Source of the DNA: a virus
Lineage: Duplodnaviria > Caudoviricetes
Direction: 5' to 3' (one strand)
Virus record (IMG/VR): IMGVR_UViG_3300037485_000603
Coordinates: 1-53,736 of that record
DNA length: 53,736 nucleotides
A program made the translations under genes and the position numbers. Shown in pieces: positions 8,948-17,106 of the stretch (its first letter is position 1; every line of letters starts with the position of its first letter). The notes under the pieces are model-generated. The model was not told where the DNA came from. It saw only the letters and a list, made by a program, of their open reading frames with translations, and searched no databases.

Positions 8948-9180
8948 TTCATTGACCCGTCCTTCCTCCTTGGGAAGCTACGATTTTTGGACGGAGTCTG
9001 AAGTTTGTACCCGTCCTTGTTTGAACCGCCCTTGGACAGCGCAACGGCGTGGGCTACGTCCTTGCCCTGCCTGTCCACTCCCTTCGCGTCTAGGGCCCTT
9101 CTGGCCCTTTGGCGCTCCATCCGAGAGGGGTGTTCGTCCCTCCCCTTCTGGGTCTTGTACTCCTGCTTGTAGTCCCTCAT
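8944..9180 (-). CDS. Small HNH-like protein
   Basis: GKDVAH...LSKGGSN...SKNRS degenerate HNH pattern. Confidence 0.6.
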   Translation of the reverse strand: MRDYKQEYKTQKGRDEHPSRMERQRARRALDAKGVDRQGKDVAHAVALSKGGSNKDGYKLQTPSKNRSFPRRKDGSMK

Positions 9181-9440
9181 TGCAGAGTCCCCGGGCCTTC
9201 GTGCATGTCTTCCTTCAGATCCTCGGCGATCATCTTGACCGCTTCGACAAGGGTCAGCATCACCCCAAGCGATGCCATGTTGAAACTGCGCATGTTGATC
9301 TTGAGGGAATCGGACATCTCATCAACGGTGATCAAGATGGCGGGCTTACCCGACCCACTACGAAGCTCATCAACGAGGTTCGCCATCTCATCAACACCAA
9401 CATTGATGTGCGTCTCAAACTTCTCGACTTCTGCTTTCAC
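9177..9440 (-). CDS. hypothetical protein
   Basis: GGAG RBS, coupled at both ends. Confidence 0.65.
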   Translation of the reverse strand: MKAEVEKFETHINVGVDEMANLVDELRSGSGKPAILITVDEMSDSLKINMRSFNMASLGVMLTLVEAVKMIAEDLKEDMHEGPGTLQ

Positions 9441-9748
9441 TTCGATCTCCAGACGGGCTGTGCCCGCGCATGACTCCTGACCGAGCGGCTGCTTCTGTAT
9501 TCGCCCGTCTTCTCAATGAGGTTGAGCTTGGACAGATGTAAACATACCGCTCCCCATGCGTTCGGAGAGGGTGGATAGGGTAGACCGTTGTTCTCTGCCC
9601 TGACCCTGACCTCCTCGAACAGGGCGCCTTTGTACCCTATGTCTCGGAGGTATGCAAGCGCTATTTTGAGGGCGGCGCTATGCCAGTCACTTCCTGCATT
9701 GAACAGAGCTTGCTGAGCCCCAGCATCTCTCAGAGTTTGACCGTCCAT
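9437..9748 (-). CDS. hypothetical protein (possible winged helix)
   Basis: PPSPNAWGAV...IEKTG...SH...VWRS pattern; first ORF after the long structured leader. Confidence 0.65.
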   Translation of the reverse strand: MDGQTLRDAGAQQALFNAGSDWHSAALKIALAYLRDIGYKGALFEEVRVRAENNGLPYPPSPNAWGAVCLHLSKLNLIEKTGEYRSSRSVRSHARAQPVWRSK

Positions 9749-9751
9749 TCC

Positions 9752-10191
9752 TGCCTCTCTTTTGATTTAGGCAAGCCTCTGCCAAAGCCAGGGGTTGGGT
9801 GATCCCCCCTGTCTTGCACTGCTCTTCCTGGTAAGAGACCAAGAAGAGATGTCATCCTCCGTGATGCCTGTCATCCTCTGTATCGGATGCTGACCAATTA
9901 AGAAGGTGGGTAAGTCCTTCCGGCTGGTCCCTGCCGCCCCGCGAATCACCCTGTACGCATCATTCGCTTCCTGTGCTGGAGGGCACATGAAGCCCGGTCC
10001 CCTGGATCACCGGCGTTGACAGGCCCGACCACATGCTCTGATCGGTGAGGTGTTTCCTGGGTTCAGCCCATGCAGGCATCTGCTAACGCGCCCTGACGGT
10101 CATCTGCACTGACCACCCCCGGCACCTGGGGCCAGAGGCTCAGTCTGGTTGCCCAAGGGTGAGAGCCCCGAGGGTGGTCAGTGCAGACGAC
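9752..10191 (-). ncRNA. Putative ~440-nt highly structured RNA (ncRNA or leader of the primase-helicase operon)
   Basis: Starts at the predicted TSS; 24-bp stem with G-U pairs valid only on the - strand; possible pseudoknot; about 10 further hairpins. Confidence 0.65.
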
Positions 10192-10197
10192 AAGAAC

Positions 10198-10248
10198 ATC
10201 CTACGTGATGCCGCCGGGGTTTGCAAGCGGAAACCTCTGGGCTACACT
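10198..10248. promoter_or_regulatory. Back-to-back sigma70 promoters sharing a palindromic -35 TTGCAA
   Basis: - strand TTGCAA(10226-10221)-17-TAGGAT; + strand TTGCAA-16-TACACT(10243-10248). Confidence 0.65.
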
Positions 10249-10703
10249 GTCTTCCGCTCAGTTGCTTGAGCGATCTCCCTCCTGTGGCGCTGGGTAGCGC
10301 CTTGACCCCGGTGAGCGCGTCTCCCGGGGTCTTTTTTTTGCCCCGGGATCTCCCGGACTGTGATCACACATCGAGGGCACTCCTTGTCTTGATGCCAGTA
10401 GATGTGCTTCTCCTTGACCTGCCTGTCGTTTACATAGAGCCTTCCCTGGAGCAGATCTAAGATGAGGCTCTCATCCAAGTCTGGCCGTCGGGAGGCGTAC
10501 CAGATGTGGATCTCGACCGAGACATCCTTGTCTGTCGGGTTCTCGACAGGCACACATTGCTGTTGAAACGCATCTGCGTAGGTCAGTGCCTTCTGGCTCT
10601 TGATCAGCCGGGACATCCCTCCGAACCGGACAAGCCTTCGGCTGTTGGCTTTGCTGGCCGGCTCCCCAAAAATTTCTCTTGTCTCACAAAAAAGTGCTTG
10701 CAC
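10242..10703 (-). CDS. rusA: RusA-like Holliday junction resolvase
   Basis: GEPASKANSRR, RRPDLD, LLQGRLYVNDRQV motifs; GTG start at 10703 preferred over 10745. Confidence 0.8.
   Translation of the reverse strand: MQALFCETREIFGEPASKANSRRLVRFGGMSRLIKSQKALTYADAFQQQCVPVENPTDKDVSVEIHIWYASRRPDLDESLILDLLQGRLYVNDRQVKEKHIYWHQDKECPRCVITVREIPGQKKDPGRRAHRGQGATQRHRREIAQATERKTV
10255..10339 (+). ncRNA. Putative ~85-nt sRNA with anti-Shine-Dalgarno seed
   Basis: Hairpin CGCTCA/TGAGCG, unpaired ATCTCCCTCCT, hairpin GGCGCT/AGCGCC, then intrinsic terminator. Confidence 0.65.
10304..10339 (+). terminator. Rho-independent terminator of the putative sRNA
   Basis: GACCCCGG...CCGGGGTC followed by T8. Confidence 0.8.
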
Positions 10704-10726
10704 TGCATCTAAGCTAGTGCTATGCT
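10698..10726 (+). promoter_or_regulatory. sigma70 promoter of the recombination/accessory operon
   Basis: TTGCAC-17-TATGCT with extended -10 TG; same pattern as the promoter at 1251. Confidence 0.7.
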
Positions 10727-10756
10727 CTGTCTCATCGTTCAACACAGGAGGTCTCC

Positions 10757-11635
10757 TTGATCATCACCAACAACCACGGTGCCCCAGCTACGCTGGTCGC
10801 CTTGGCGAACAAGAACTATTACTCGAAGGGGGACTCGGACTATTCTGTCACCGAGCTTCTGTCCCCGCCTCGGGTCAGACGCCTACAAGAACGGCACGAC
10901 CCTTCCTTGAAGAAGGATGTGTCGGACATGTTGTGGGCCTTGCTCGGATCGGCACTCCATGTGGTTGCCGAGCGGGCCTCTGCGGAAGGTCATGTTGTTG
11001 AAGAGCGGATCATTGCAGAGGTGGACGGGGTCAAGGTGTCGGGCGCCATCGATCTGCAGGAGATGACCGCCGAGGGCGTGGTTATCACCGACTACAAGTT
11101 CACCTCCGCCTATTCCGTGATGAACGAGAAGAAGGAATGGGAAGAGCAACTGAACCTGTACAAGTGGCTGGTGGAGTCCGTCAAGAGGATCCCAGTCAAA
11201 GGTCTCAAGATTTGCGCATTGATCCGTGACTTCTCCCGCCATGACCGGCGCGAGAACTATCCGGAGTCCCCGATCCATATGGTGGACATCCCGATGTGGG
11301 ACTCAGTCAAGGCAGAGGCGTTTGTGCGTGCTCGTTTACATCTGCACGCAGAAGCCAAGTTTGCTGACGCGATGGAGGGTCCGCTTCCTCCTTGCTCTGC
11401 AGAAGAGCGTTGGTTCTCAGAGACGACCTACGCTGTGAAGAAGGAAGGCAGGAAGACTGCCGTCCGTGTGTTCAAGACCATTGAAGAGGCCAACGAACTG
11501 GCCGCGAAAGAGAAGGCTCACTATGTCGAAGTCCGAGTCGGAGAACCCCGCCGTTGCACTGGAAACTACTGTAACGTCGCAGAGCACTGCGACCAATGGC
11601 AGTCAGAAGTCCGTGCTGGATCTGCTGAAACTTGA
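10757..11635 (+). CDS. PD-(D/E)XK Cas4-like exonuclease
   Basis: GSALH, SGAID, TDYK, QLNLY motifs; C-terminal Cys cluster RCTGNYCNVAEHC. Confidence 0.85.
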   Translation: MIITNNHGAPATLVALANKNYYSKGDSDYSVTELLSPPRVRRLQERHDPSLKKDVSDMLWALLGSALHVVAERASAEGHVVEERIIAEVDGVKVSGAIDLQEMTAEGVVITDYKFTSAYSVMNEKKEWEEQLNLYKWLVESVKRIPVKGLKICALIRDFSRHDRRENYPESPIHMVDIPMWDSVKAEAFVRARLHLHAEAKFADAMEGPLPPCSAEERWFSETTYAVKKEGRKTAVRVFKTIEEANELAAKEKAHYVEVRVGEPRRCTGNYCNVAEHCDQWQSEVRAGSAET

Positions 11636-12299
11636 TGTCCGTGGCTTCATCGAGAAGAAGCAAGGGCTGAGCTATGTCTCATGGGCACATGCCTGGGCCA
11701 TCGCCCTCAAGGCCGACCCGTATGCGAACTTCCGGGTTCACATGTTCGGCCCGAATGGCGACGAGGCCTACATGCGTGTAAATGGCACGGCACTGGTTTG
11801 GGTGGACGTCACCATCTTTCAGAAGTCGATTACCTGCTGGCTTCCCGTGATGGACCATCGCAACAAACCAATCTCTGATCCGGATGCTTTCCAGGTCAAC
11901 ACGGCACTCATGCGGTGTCTGACCAAGGGCCTGGGCTTCCACGGCATCGGCCTGAACGTTTACGCGGGAGAGGATCTGCCTCTTGCCGTGCCGGGTGATG
12001 AAGAGGAGCCGGTCAAAAAGGAGGCGGAGCCCGTCAAGAAGGAGGCCGCTAAGCCTGCCGTCAAGAAAGAGGAGCCCCAGAAGAACGAAGACCTTTCGGC
12101 GTCTGAAGAGCTTTCCGCAGAACTGTTTGCGGAAGGCTTCGTGGAATACATGATCGTGGTCAATAGTACCGAAGGCTTGAACAGCTATTGGAAGACCAAC
12201 CAATCCAGGCTGGACAAGCTGAAGGTTAAGTACCCCGATCTGTATGAGCGCTGCTTGTCCGTTGCCAAGGACAAGAAGCAACAACTGAGCAAGGAGTGA
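11523..12299 (+). CDS. DUF1071/Sak-type single-strand annealing protein
   Basis: LSYVSWAHAW, WLPVMDHRNK, FQVNTALMRCLTK, GIGLNVYAGEDLP. Confidence 0.85.
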   Translation: MSKSESENPAVALETTVTSQSTATNGSQKSVLDLLKLDVRGFIEKKQGLSYVSWAHAWAIALKADPYANFRVHMFGPNGDEAYMRVNGTALVWVDVTIFQKSITCWLPVMDHRNKPISDPDAFQVNTALMRCLTKGLGFHGIGLNVYAGEDLPLAVPGDEEEPVKKEAEPVKKEAAKPAVKKEEPQKNEDLSASEELSAELFAEGFVEYMIVVNSTEGLNSYWKTNQSRLDKLKVKYPDLYERCLSVAKDKKQQLSKE

Positions 12300-12301
12300 T
12301 C

Positions 12302-12580
12302 ATGGCATTTGAACAACGTCCCGATTCCGGGCGGCTGATGGCCGCTCAGAGCAAGCGCAGCGAGAAGGCCCCGGACTACTGGGGAGAACTCGCCATCAAC
12401 ATCAAAGACTTGACCAACGCACAGGTTGAGAAGGGCTTTGTCACCTTCAAGCTCTCGGGCTGGAAGAAGCAGAGCAAGACTGGCGTTACCTACCTGAGCT
12501 TGGCGATTGATCGCCGGGTTCCCCAGGAAGAGACGCGCAAGCCCGCCCAACGTCAGGATGATGACGACGTTCCGTTCTGA
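12302..12580 (+). CDS. Small ssDNA-binding protein
   Basis: PDYWG...LSGWKK...YLSL pattern and acidic SSB-type tail DDDDVPF. Confidence 0.75.
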   Translation: MAFEQRPDSGRLMAAQSKRSEKAPDYWGELAINIKDLTNAQVEKGFVTFKLSGWKKQSKTGVTYLSLAIDRRVPQEETRKPAQRQDDDDVPF

Positions 12581-12604
12581 TCTCGTTTACACCAGGAGAA
12601 AACC

Positions 12605-12952
12605 ATGAACAAGACCAAGCAAGCTGAAGACATGTTCCGCGCAGACCCCTCTCTCTCCGCCAAGGAGGTTGCTGAGAAGCTGGACATGCACATCAGCCAC
12701 GCCTACAACACGCGGCGGAAGATTGTGGGCGCGGTCTTCAAGAAGAACCGCAAGACCCAAAGGACCATGAAGGTCGTGTCGATCAATCAGGAGCCCAAGC
12801 AGGAGCCCAAGATCAGCGACAAGCATGTGGAGGCGATGGGCAACTCCAACATCCTTCTCCAGGCTCAACTGAACGAGGCACTGCGGGAGCTTGAGGACTG
12901 CCGTGCCGTGATTCGGTATCTGGAGAATAAGATCAATGCCGATGCAGTTTGA
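12605..12952 (+). CDS. HTH-containing hypothetical protein
   Basis: PSLSAKEVAEKLDMHISHAYNTR; AGGAG RBS. Confidence 0.65.
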   Translation: MNKTKQAEDMFRADPSLSAKEVAEKLDMHISHAYNTRRKIVGAVFKKNRKTQRTMKVVSINQEPKQEPKISDKHVEAMGNSNILLQAQLNEALRELEDCRAVIRYLENKINADAV

Positions 12953-13313
12953 GGCGCGAAAGGTCGCCCTCAAGCAGGACAGGACAGGGTTCGTGCTAAC
13001 CATGTCCGTCCACCCCGACGAATTCCCGTCAGAGCTTTTGCGGGACTTCGTTGGGGCAAGGTACGCCTGTGTGATGGTGCGTATAAACGACGACGAGACG
13101 CCCGTTGTCTACAAGAACAGGGTCCAGCAGGCAGGAATGCTTTGCAAGAACCCCAACTTCCAGAAGTTCATGAACACCAAAGGGGAGGACGCCACTGTCA
13201 AAGCCTTGTGCGACCGTCTTGGGGTTGACTCCCGGACAGAACTCAATGGCAACTCACTGGCTCAATCCCTCTTCGACGACCTTATGGCGGAGTTTGAAAA
13301 TGAAGCCTTCTAA
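12936..13313 (+). CDS. conserved phage hypothetical protein
   Basis: Coupled ORF with GC3-rich codon usage. Confidence 0.7.
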   Translation: MPMQFEARKVALKQDRTGFVLTMSVHPDEFPSELLRDFVGARYACVMVRINDDETPVVYKNRVQQAGMLCKNPNFQKFMNTKGEDATVKALCDRLGVDSRTELNGNSLAQSLFDDLMAEFENEAF

Positions 13314-13665
13314 CCTTCGACCGTTCTTCGCCTACCTGAGTGAGTCTCAGTATGCAGCGTTGAAACAGTTTGCCAAGCAGACGGGTGTTTCCATGACGCA
13401 TCTGATTCGGGAGGGCATTGACGCTCGCCTGTCTTCTGGAAACCTTTTCCTGGCTGGCTACAACCAGGGTTTGCAGGACGCAATTTCTGCAATCAATCAG
13501 AACAACATCTCCAAAATGACCTTCCCTTCAGGGAAGACTTTCGGTGAACTCATTGTTGAAGATATCTCCAATCTCACAAGGAACGCAAATGGAACAGGAA
13601 CCAATCAGAGCCAAGCGCCGCAAGAAGCTGCCGGGAACACTGCCGACCCCGGAGAAGCAGCGTGA
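13300..13665 (+). CDS. Ribbon-helix-helix DNA-binding protein
   Basis: FAYLSESQYAALKQFAKQTGVSMTHLIREGID. Confidence 0.7.
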   Translation: MKPSNLRPFFAYLSESQYAALKQFAKQTGVSMTHLIREGIDARLSSGNLFLAGYNQGLQDAISAINQNNISKMTFPSGKTFGELIVEDISNLTRNANGTGTNQSQAPQEAAGNTADPGEAA

Positions 13666-13859
13666 AGCCCAGCGACTCAAGGACGCCGCCATTCGAGCCT
13701 GGGCTGCTGATCGAAAGGTTGGAACTCAGCCACCAACGTTCCCGGAACGTCGATAACTGGCCGTTCGCCTTCTCCATCATCGATGGAGAGGTTGTGAAGA
13801 ACGTCCACCGTTTCAACAAGAAGGCATTCATTGCCGCACAAGAAGAGGCGCTTCTATGA
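13662..13859 (+). CDS. hypothetical protein
   Basis: GTGA/ATGA coupled; an alternative ORF at 13589-13756 competes. Confidence 0.45.
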   Translation: MKPSDSRTPPFEPGLLIERLELSHQRSRNVDNWPFAFSIIDGEVVKNVHRFNKKAFIAAQEEALL

Positions 13860-14071
13860 ACCCGATGGAAATGAACAAGCCATCGTCCCGGTACGAGCAG
13901 ATTGGCTACATCTGCAGGGGGCTGCTCCTTGTTCCTCACTACATCATGCGGGGATCCTTTGTTGCCCCGGGTCATAGGAACGAGGCTCCCCGCGTCTTCC
14001 ATGAGTTGCAACTGAAGCTCATGGGAGCCAAGCCCGTCAAACTTCAACTGTGGCCTAGGAACTACAAATGA
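13856..14071 (+). CDS. hypothetical protein
   Basis: Coupled ORF. Confidence 0.6.
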   Translation: MNPMEMNKPSSRYEQIGYICRGLLLVPHYIMRGSFVAPGHRNEAPRVFHELQLKLMGAKPVKLQLWPRNYK

Positions 14072-14373
14072 ATTACTCCATCGTGGAACTTGAGGTGATC
14101 CGCTGGGCAGAGGCCCGGGGCATCATCCCTAACGCAACCACCAAGTCCCAGCTTCTCAAGGCCATGTCTGAGTTCGGTGAACTCGCAGATGCTGAGGGCA
14201 AAGGAGACATGGAGGCCATCAAAGATGCCGTTGGGGATGTGGTGGTCTGTCTGATCAACTACTGCGCCCTGCACGACATCAACCTTGTTGCGTGCCTGAA
14301 CGGTGCGTTTGAACAGATCAAGCATCGCAAAGGTCGGCTGATGCCCGATGGCACGTTCGTAAAGGAGGTGTGA
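14068..14373 (+). CDS. MazG-like nucleotide pyrophosphohydrolase
   Basis: QLLKAMSEFGELAD...IKDAVGDVVVCL...EQIKHRKG. Confidence 0.85.
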   Translation: MNYSIVELEVIRWAEARGIIPNATTKSQLLKAMSEFGELADAEGKGDMEAIKDAVGDVVVCLINYCALHDINLVACLNGAFEQIKHRKGRLMPDGTFVKEV

Positions 14374-14528
14374 TGAAGATCAAGATGCTGGCTAAGGCCC
14401 GCCAGCTATGGCGCACGGGCAACACGCGCCTGGACAGATACAACCAACGGGCATGGGTTCGTGCCATCCGTCGCCTGGGCGACAAGTGGCTGCTGGCGAA
14501 GCATGTGCCACGGAAGGAGGAAGCATGA
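14373..14528 (+). CDS. 51-aa basic hypothetical protein
   Basis: AAGGAGG RBS; MKIKMLAKARQLW...WVRAIRRLGDKWLLAK; coupled at both ends. Confidence 0.65.
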   Translation: MKIKMLAKARQLWRTGNTRLDRYNQRAWVRAIRRLGDKWLLAKHVPRKEEA

Positions 14529-14794
14529 GCGGCGGGCACTTTGGATACGCGCAGTACAAGATCGATCAGATCGCTGATCAGATCTCTGAGGTCATCCGAA
14601 GGAACGATGAATCTCCGTTCCCCTACCGTCCCGAAGTAGTACAGCGTCTTATCGAAGCTGTAAACGCTTTGGAGGTTGCATTTGTTTACGCACAGCGTGT
14701 GGACTTTCTCATCTGTGGCGATGACAACGAAGAAAACTTTGAGCGCAGGCTCTTGGAAGACCTCGCTGACGTTGATGAGGATCTGAGGAAATGA
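14525..14794 (+). CDS. conserved phage hypothetical protein
   Basis: MSGGHFGYAQY...RVDFLICGDD; AGGAGG RBS. Confidence 0.7.
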   Translation: MSGGHFGYAQYKIDQIADQISEVIRRNDESPFPYRPEVVQRLIEAVNALEVAFVYAQRVDFLICGDDNEENFERRLLEDLADVDEDLRK

Positions 14795-15009
14795 ACCAGA
14801 AGCTCTACGTCATTGACTTCCATTCTCAGGGCAATGTTGTCCCCGAGAAACGGATTGCTGTCTCTGCCCAAACCCCAGACCGGGCACTTGATGCCTTCTG
14901 GTGTTGGATCAGACTGCAGCCTTGGTATTTACACACATGGCAGTTAAACCTTGCCATGACGGAAGTTCTGTGGATCACCCCACCAGACTCCAACATCAAG
15001 CTCTACTAA
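14791..15009 (+). CDS. hypothetical protein
   Basis: Coupled ORF. Confidence 0.55.
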   Translation: MNQKLYVIDFHSQGNVVPEKRIAVSAQTPDRALDAFWCWIRLQPWYLHTWQLNLAMTEVLWITPPDSNIKLY

Positions 15010-15021
15010 CAGGGGATCGCC

Positions 15022-15381
15022 ATGAATAAGCCTCCGAGCAACAAAGGCAAAAGCATCAGTCGAGTCAACGCGCTTTCATTTGCGCAGCTAGTGAAGTTCT
15101 TAAATGAGGGTTTGTACTCATGCAAAGAGCTAGCAAGTCTGACAGGATTGCACTATGTCACTGTGCTGGATCACACGAGAGCCATGCACAGGGCTAAAGC
15201 CATTCACATCTGTGAATGGGAAACAGACTCACGCGGCAGGGCAATGATCAAGATCTACAAGATGGGCGAGGGCAAAGATGCCAAACGCCCAAAGCTCAGC
15301 GGGGCACAGAGATCCCTTGCCTACCGCGCTAAACAGAGTCAGCTTGAAACGCTCAGGAGGTTGCATGGACAAGAACCTTGA
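15022..15381 (+). CDS. HTH-like hypothetical protein
   Basis: SCKELASLTGLHYVTV...IHICEW...IYKMGEGKDAKRP. Confidence 0.65.
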   Translation: MNKPPSNKGKSISRVNALSFAQLVKFLNEGLYSCKELASLTGLHYVTVLDHTRAMHRAKAIHICEWETDSRGRAMIKIYKMGEGKDAKRPKLSGAQRSLAYRAKQSQLETLRRLHGQEP

Positions 15382-15622
15382 TCACTGCGCCCCGTCAATG
15401 ACAGGCGAGCACCACTGGCGCCCGTACCTGTCGGGCGGGTACAAATGCATTTACTGCAGGCAGGAATGGGTGCCCGTCGAACCCTACGTTGATCCCGACG
15501 AGATCGAAGCGTACAGGCTGCAGGAGCCCGAGCCGGAGTCGTGGTGGCCGGAGATTTTGGGCATCGTCGTGGCGATCATCCTGATTGCGGCAGTGTTCGC
15601 GCCTGTGGGGATGGGGAAATGA
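15365..15622 (+). CDS. Zn-finger plus C-terminal TM protein
   Basis: C...HHW...CIYC and hydrophobic C-terminus; AGGAGG RBS. Confidence 0.6.
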   Translation: MDKNLDHCAPSMTGEHHWRPYLSGGYKCIYCRQEWVPVEPYVDPDEIEAYRLQEPEPESWWPEILGIVVAIILIAAVFAPVGMGK

Positions 15623-15708
15623 AGGAAAAGATCCTTTTCCTCGTCGCCACCTGCATCTGGTTTGTCGTTGGCGTGATCATTGGTAGCGCCATAAGGGTGT
15701 TGCCATGA
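15619..15708 (+). CDS. 29-aa membrane peptide
   Basis: MKEKILFLVATCIWFVVGVIIGSAIRVLP; ATGA coupled at both ends. Confidence 0.5.
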   Translation: MKEKILFLVATCIWFVVGVIIGSAIRVLP

Positions 15709-15902
15709 GCGCCGTTAATAAATGGTCCCCTACCGATCCCAGGCACTTTGCCGGCATGTCCACATCAGATTTGCGGCGCGAGCTTGAGCGGGCGGTTGCG
15801 TTCTCGAAGAAGTACCCCCAGTTCCAGCATGGATGGTACAACGAATACATCCAAGAACTGAGGAGGCATATTGCAGAAAGCATCGGGATGAAAAAGAAAT
15901 GA
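15705..15902 (+). CDS. hypothetical protein
   Basis: Coupled ORF. Confidence 0.55.
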   Translation: MSAVNKWSPTDPRHFAGMSTSDLRRELERAVAFSKKYPQFQHGWYNEYIQELRRHIAESIGMKKK

Positions 15903-16036
15903 CCATCAACCCCCGAGCCTTCCTCCGCAGGTGCTTTACCTGCAACAAAGACTACCGCGACCACCCTGGCAGCAGTCTGCGGCGAGGGATCTGGAGATGT
16001 TCTGCGTGTACACGCAGCGCAAAGTCTGAAAAGTAA
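15899..16036 (+). CDS. Small Zn-finger protein
   Basis: CFTC...WRCSAC. Confidence 0.55.
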   Translation: MTINPRAFLRRCFTCNKDYRDHPGSSLRRGIWRCSACTRSAKSEK

Positions 16037-16044
16037 AACAAGGA

Positions 16045-16374
16045 GTGGCGATGAATGCTCAATCAAAAGATCTTCATCCTTTGTTGGATGATGTAAAGTT
16101 TAACGGTGCTGACTACGTTCCAGAGAGAGATAACGCACGACTTACTGGGCAGTTGTTAAGGGTTTGGAATGTAGTCTCTAACGGAGGCTGGCACACCCTA
16201 AAAGAGATCTCTCAAAAAACGGGAGATCCAGAAGCCAGCGTAAGTGCTCAGCTAAGGCATCTCAGAAAAGATAGATTTGGTGGCTACACCGTAGAGCGTA
16301 AACACATCCGATGGGGTTTATACAAATACCGCGTTATTTTGAATAGGACAAAGTCGGCAGAGGAGAACCAATGA
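16045..16374 (+). CDS. Winged-HTH hypothetical protein (lower GC)
   Basis: WHTLKEISQKTGDPEASVSAQLRHLRK. Confidence 0.7.
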   Translation: MAMNAQSKDLHPLLDDVKFNGADYVPERDNARLTGQLLRVWNVVSNGGWHTLKEISQKTGDPEASVSAQLRHLRKDRFGGYTVERKHIRWGLYKYRVILNRTKSAEENQ

Positions 16375-16718
16375 CTGCCGCAACTACCAAAAAACTTTGG
16401 TCTCAGCAGACTATCGAGGAGCGCGTTCGCACCGCGCTTAGTGCGGAGCGGATGTTTATAGAGCGTATTGATCCAGATGATCAGGCGCTTACCCAGGACA
16501 ACTACAAGAACAACATCGGTCTCTACGTGCTAGTGGACGAACATCGTCAGTTCATCCGGGTTCTGGAGAACATTCTGGAGAAGACGACAGCCGAGCCGGT
16601 GCAGATGCACCCATCCCAGTTTGCCGAACTCATCAAAGGCAAGGAGACCATGATCGGCGTGCCTGTGTATTGGTCCGAGTGGCCTACTAAGGAGAGAAGC
16701 AATGATCACACTACGTGA
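16371..16718 (+). CDS. hypothetical protein (mosaic family)
   Basis: Coupled; shares the AEPVQM module with ORF 17324. Confidence 0.6.
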   Translation: MTAATTKKLWSQQTIEERVRTALSAERMFIERIDPDDQALTQDNYKNNIGLYVLVDEHRQFIRVLENILEKTTAEPVQMHPSQFAELIKGKETMIGVPVYWSEWPTKERSNDHTT

Positions 16719-17106
16719 AGCCGCTCAGCAGGCGCTGGAGGCGTTGAAGAACAACGCTGGCGAGATGAGAGTCGAGGGCGCAATCAGCATCCTTGAAACC
16801 GCCCTGGCGCAGCAGGCCGAGCCAGAGGGAGGGGGCAATTTGCCACCCCCCTTGCAGGTTCCCAATGACGTCGCTGCAATCCTGACCACAACAGACATCG
16901 CATGGCTGGAGACGCGCCGCCTGACGAAACTTTGGCAAGAACTCGGGCAGATGCGCTGGGCAGGAGTAGATGAAGGTTGGGACCGCGCAATCGATGCAGT
17001 GCGTAGCCGTTTAAACGACGAGTGCCTAGCGGTGCTGTACTGGAAATTAACGGCTGACAAAAGCCAAGCGACAGCGGTCGAGCTGTTGCAAAAAATGCAA
17101 GGATGA
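16702..17106 (+). CDS. hypothetical protein (TLREAAQQAL family)
   Basis: N-terminus shared with ORFs 17324 and 17932. Confidence 0.65.
   Translation: MITLREAAQQALEALKNNAGEMRVEGAISILETALAQQAEPEGGGNLPPPLQVPNDVAAILTTTDIAWLETRRLTKLWQELGQMRWAGVDEGWDRAIDAVRSRLNDECLAVLYWKLTADKSQATAVELLQKMQG

Noticed and set aside
9767-9988. 73-aa ORF within the structured region
   Set aside because: No RBS and no motif; the region is better explained by RNA structure, though a peptide is not excluded
9752-10191. Group I/II intron, tRNA or known riboswitch
   Set aside because: No interrupted gene and no recognisable catalytic-core, cloverleaf or aptamer consensus
10757-11635. Cas4-like gene as part of a CRISPR system
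   Set aside because: No cas1/cas2 or repeat-spacer array in the window; it sits with Sak and SSB as a recombination nuclease
13589-13756. Alternative 55-aa ORF (MEQEPIRAKRR...)
   Set aside because: Overlaps two coupled ORFs; cannot be decided from sequence alone
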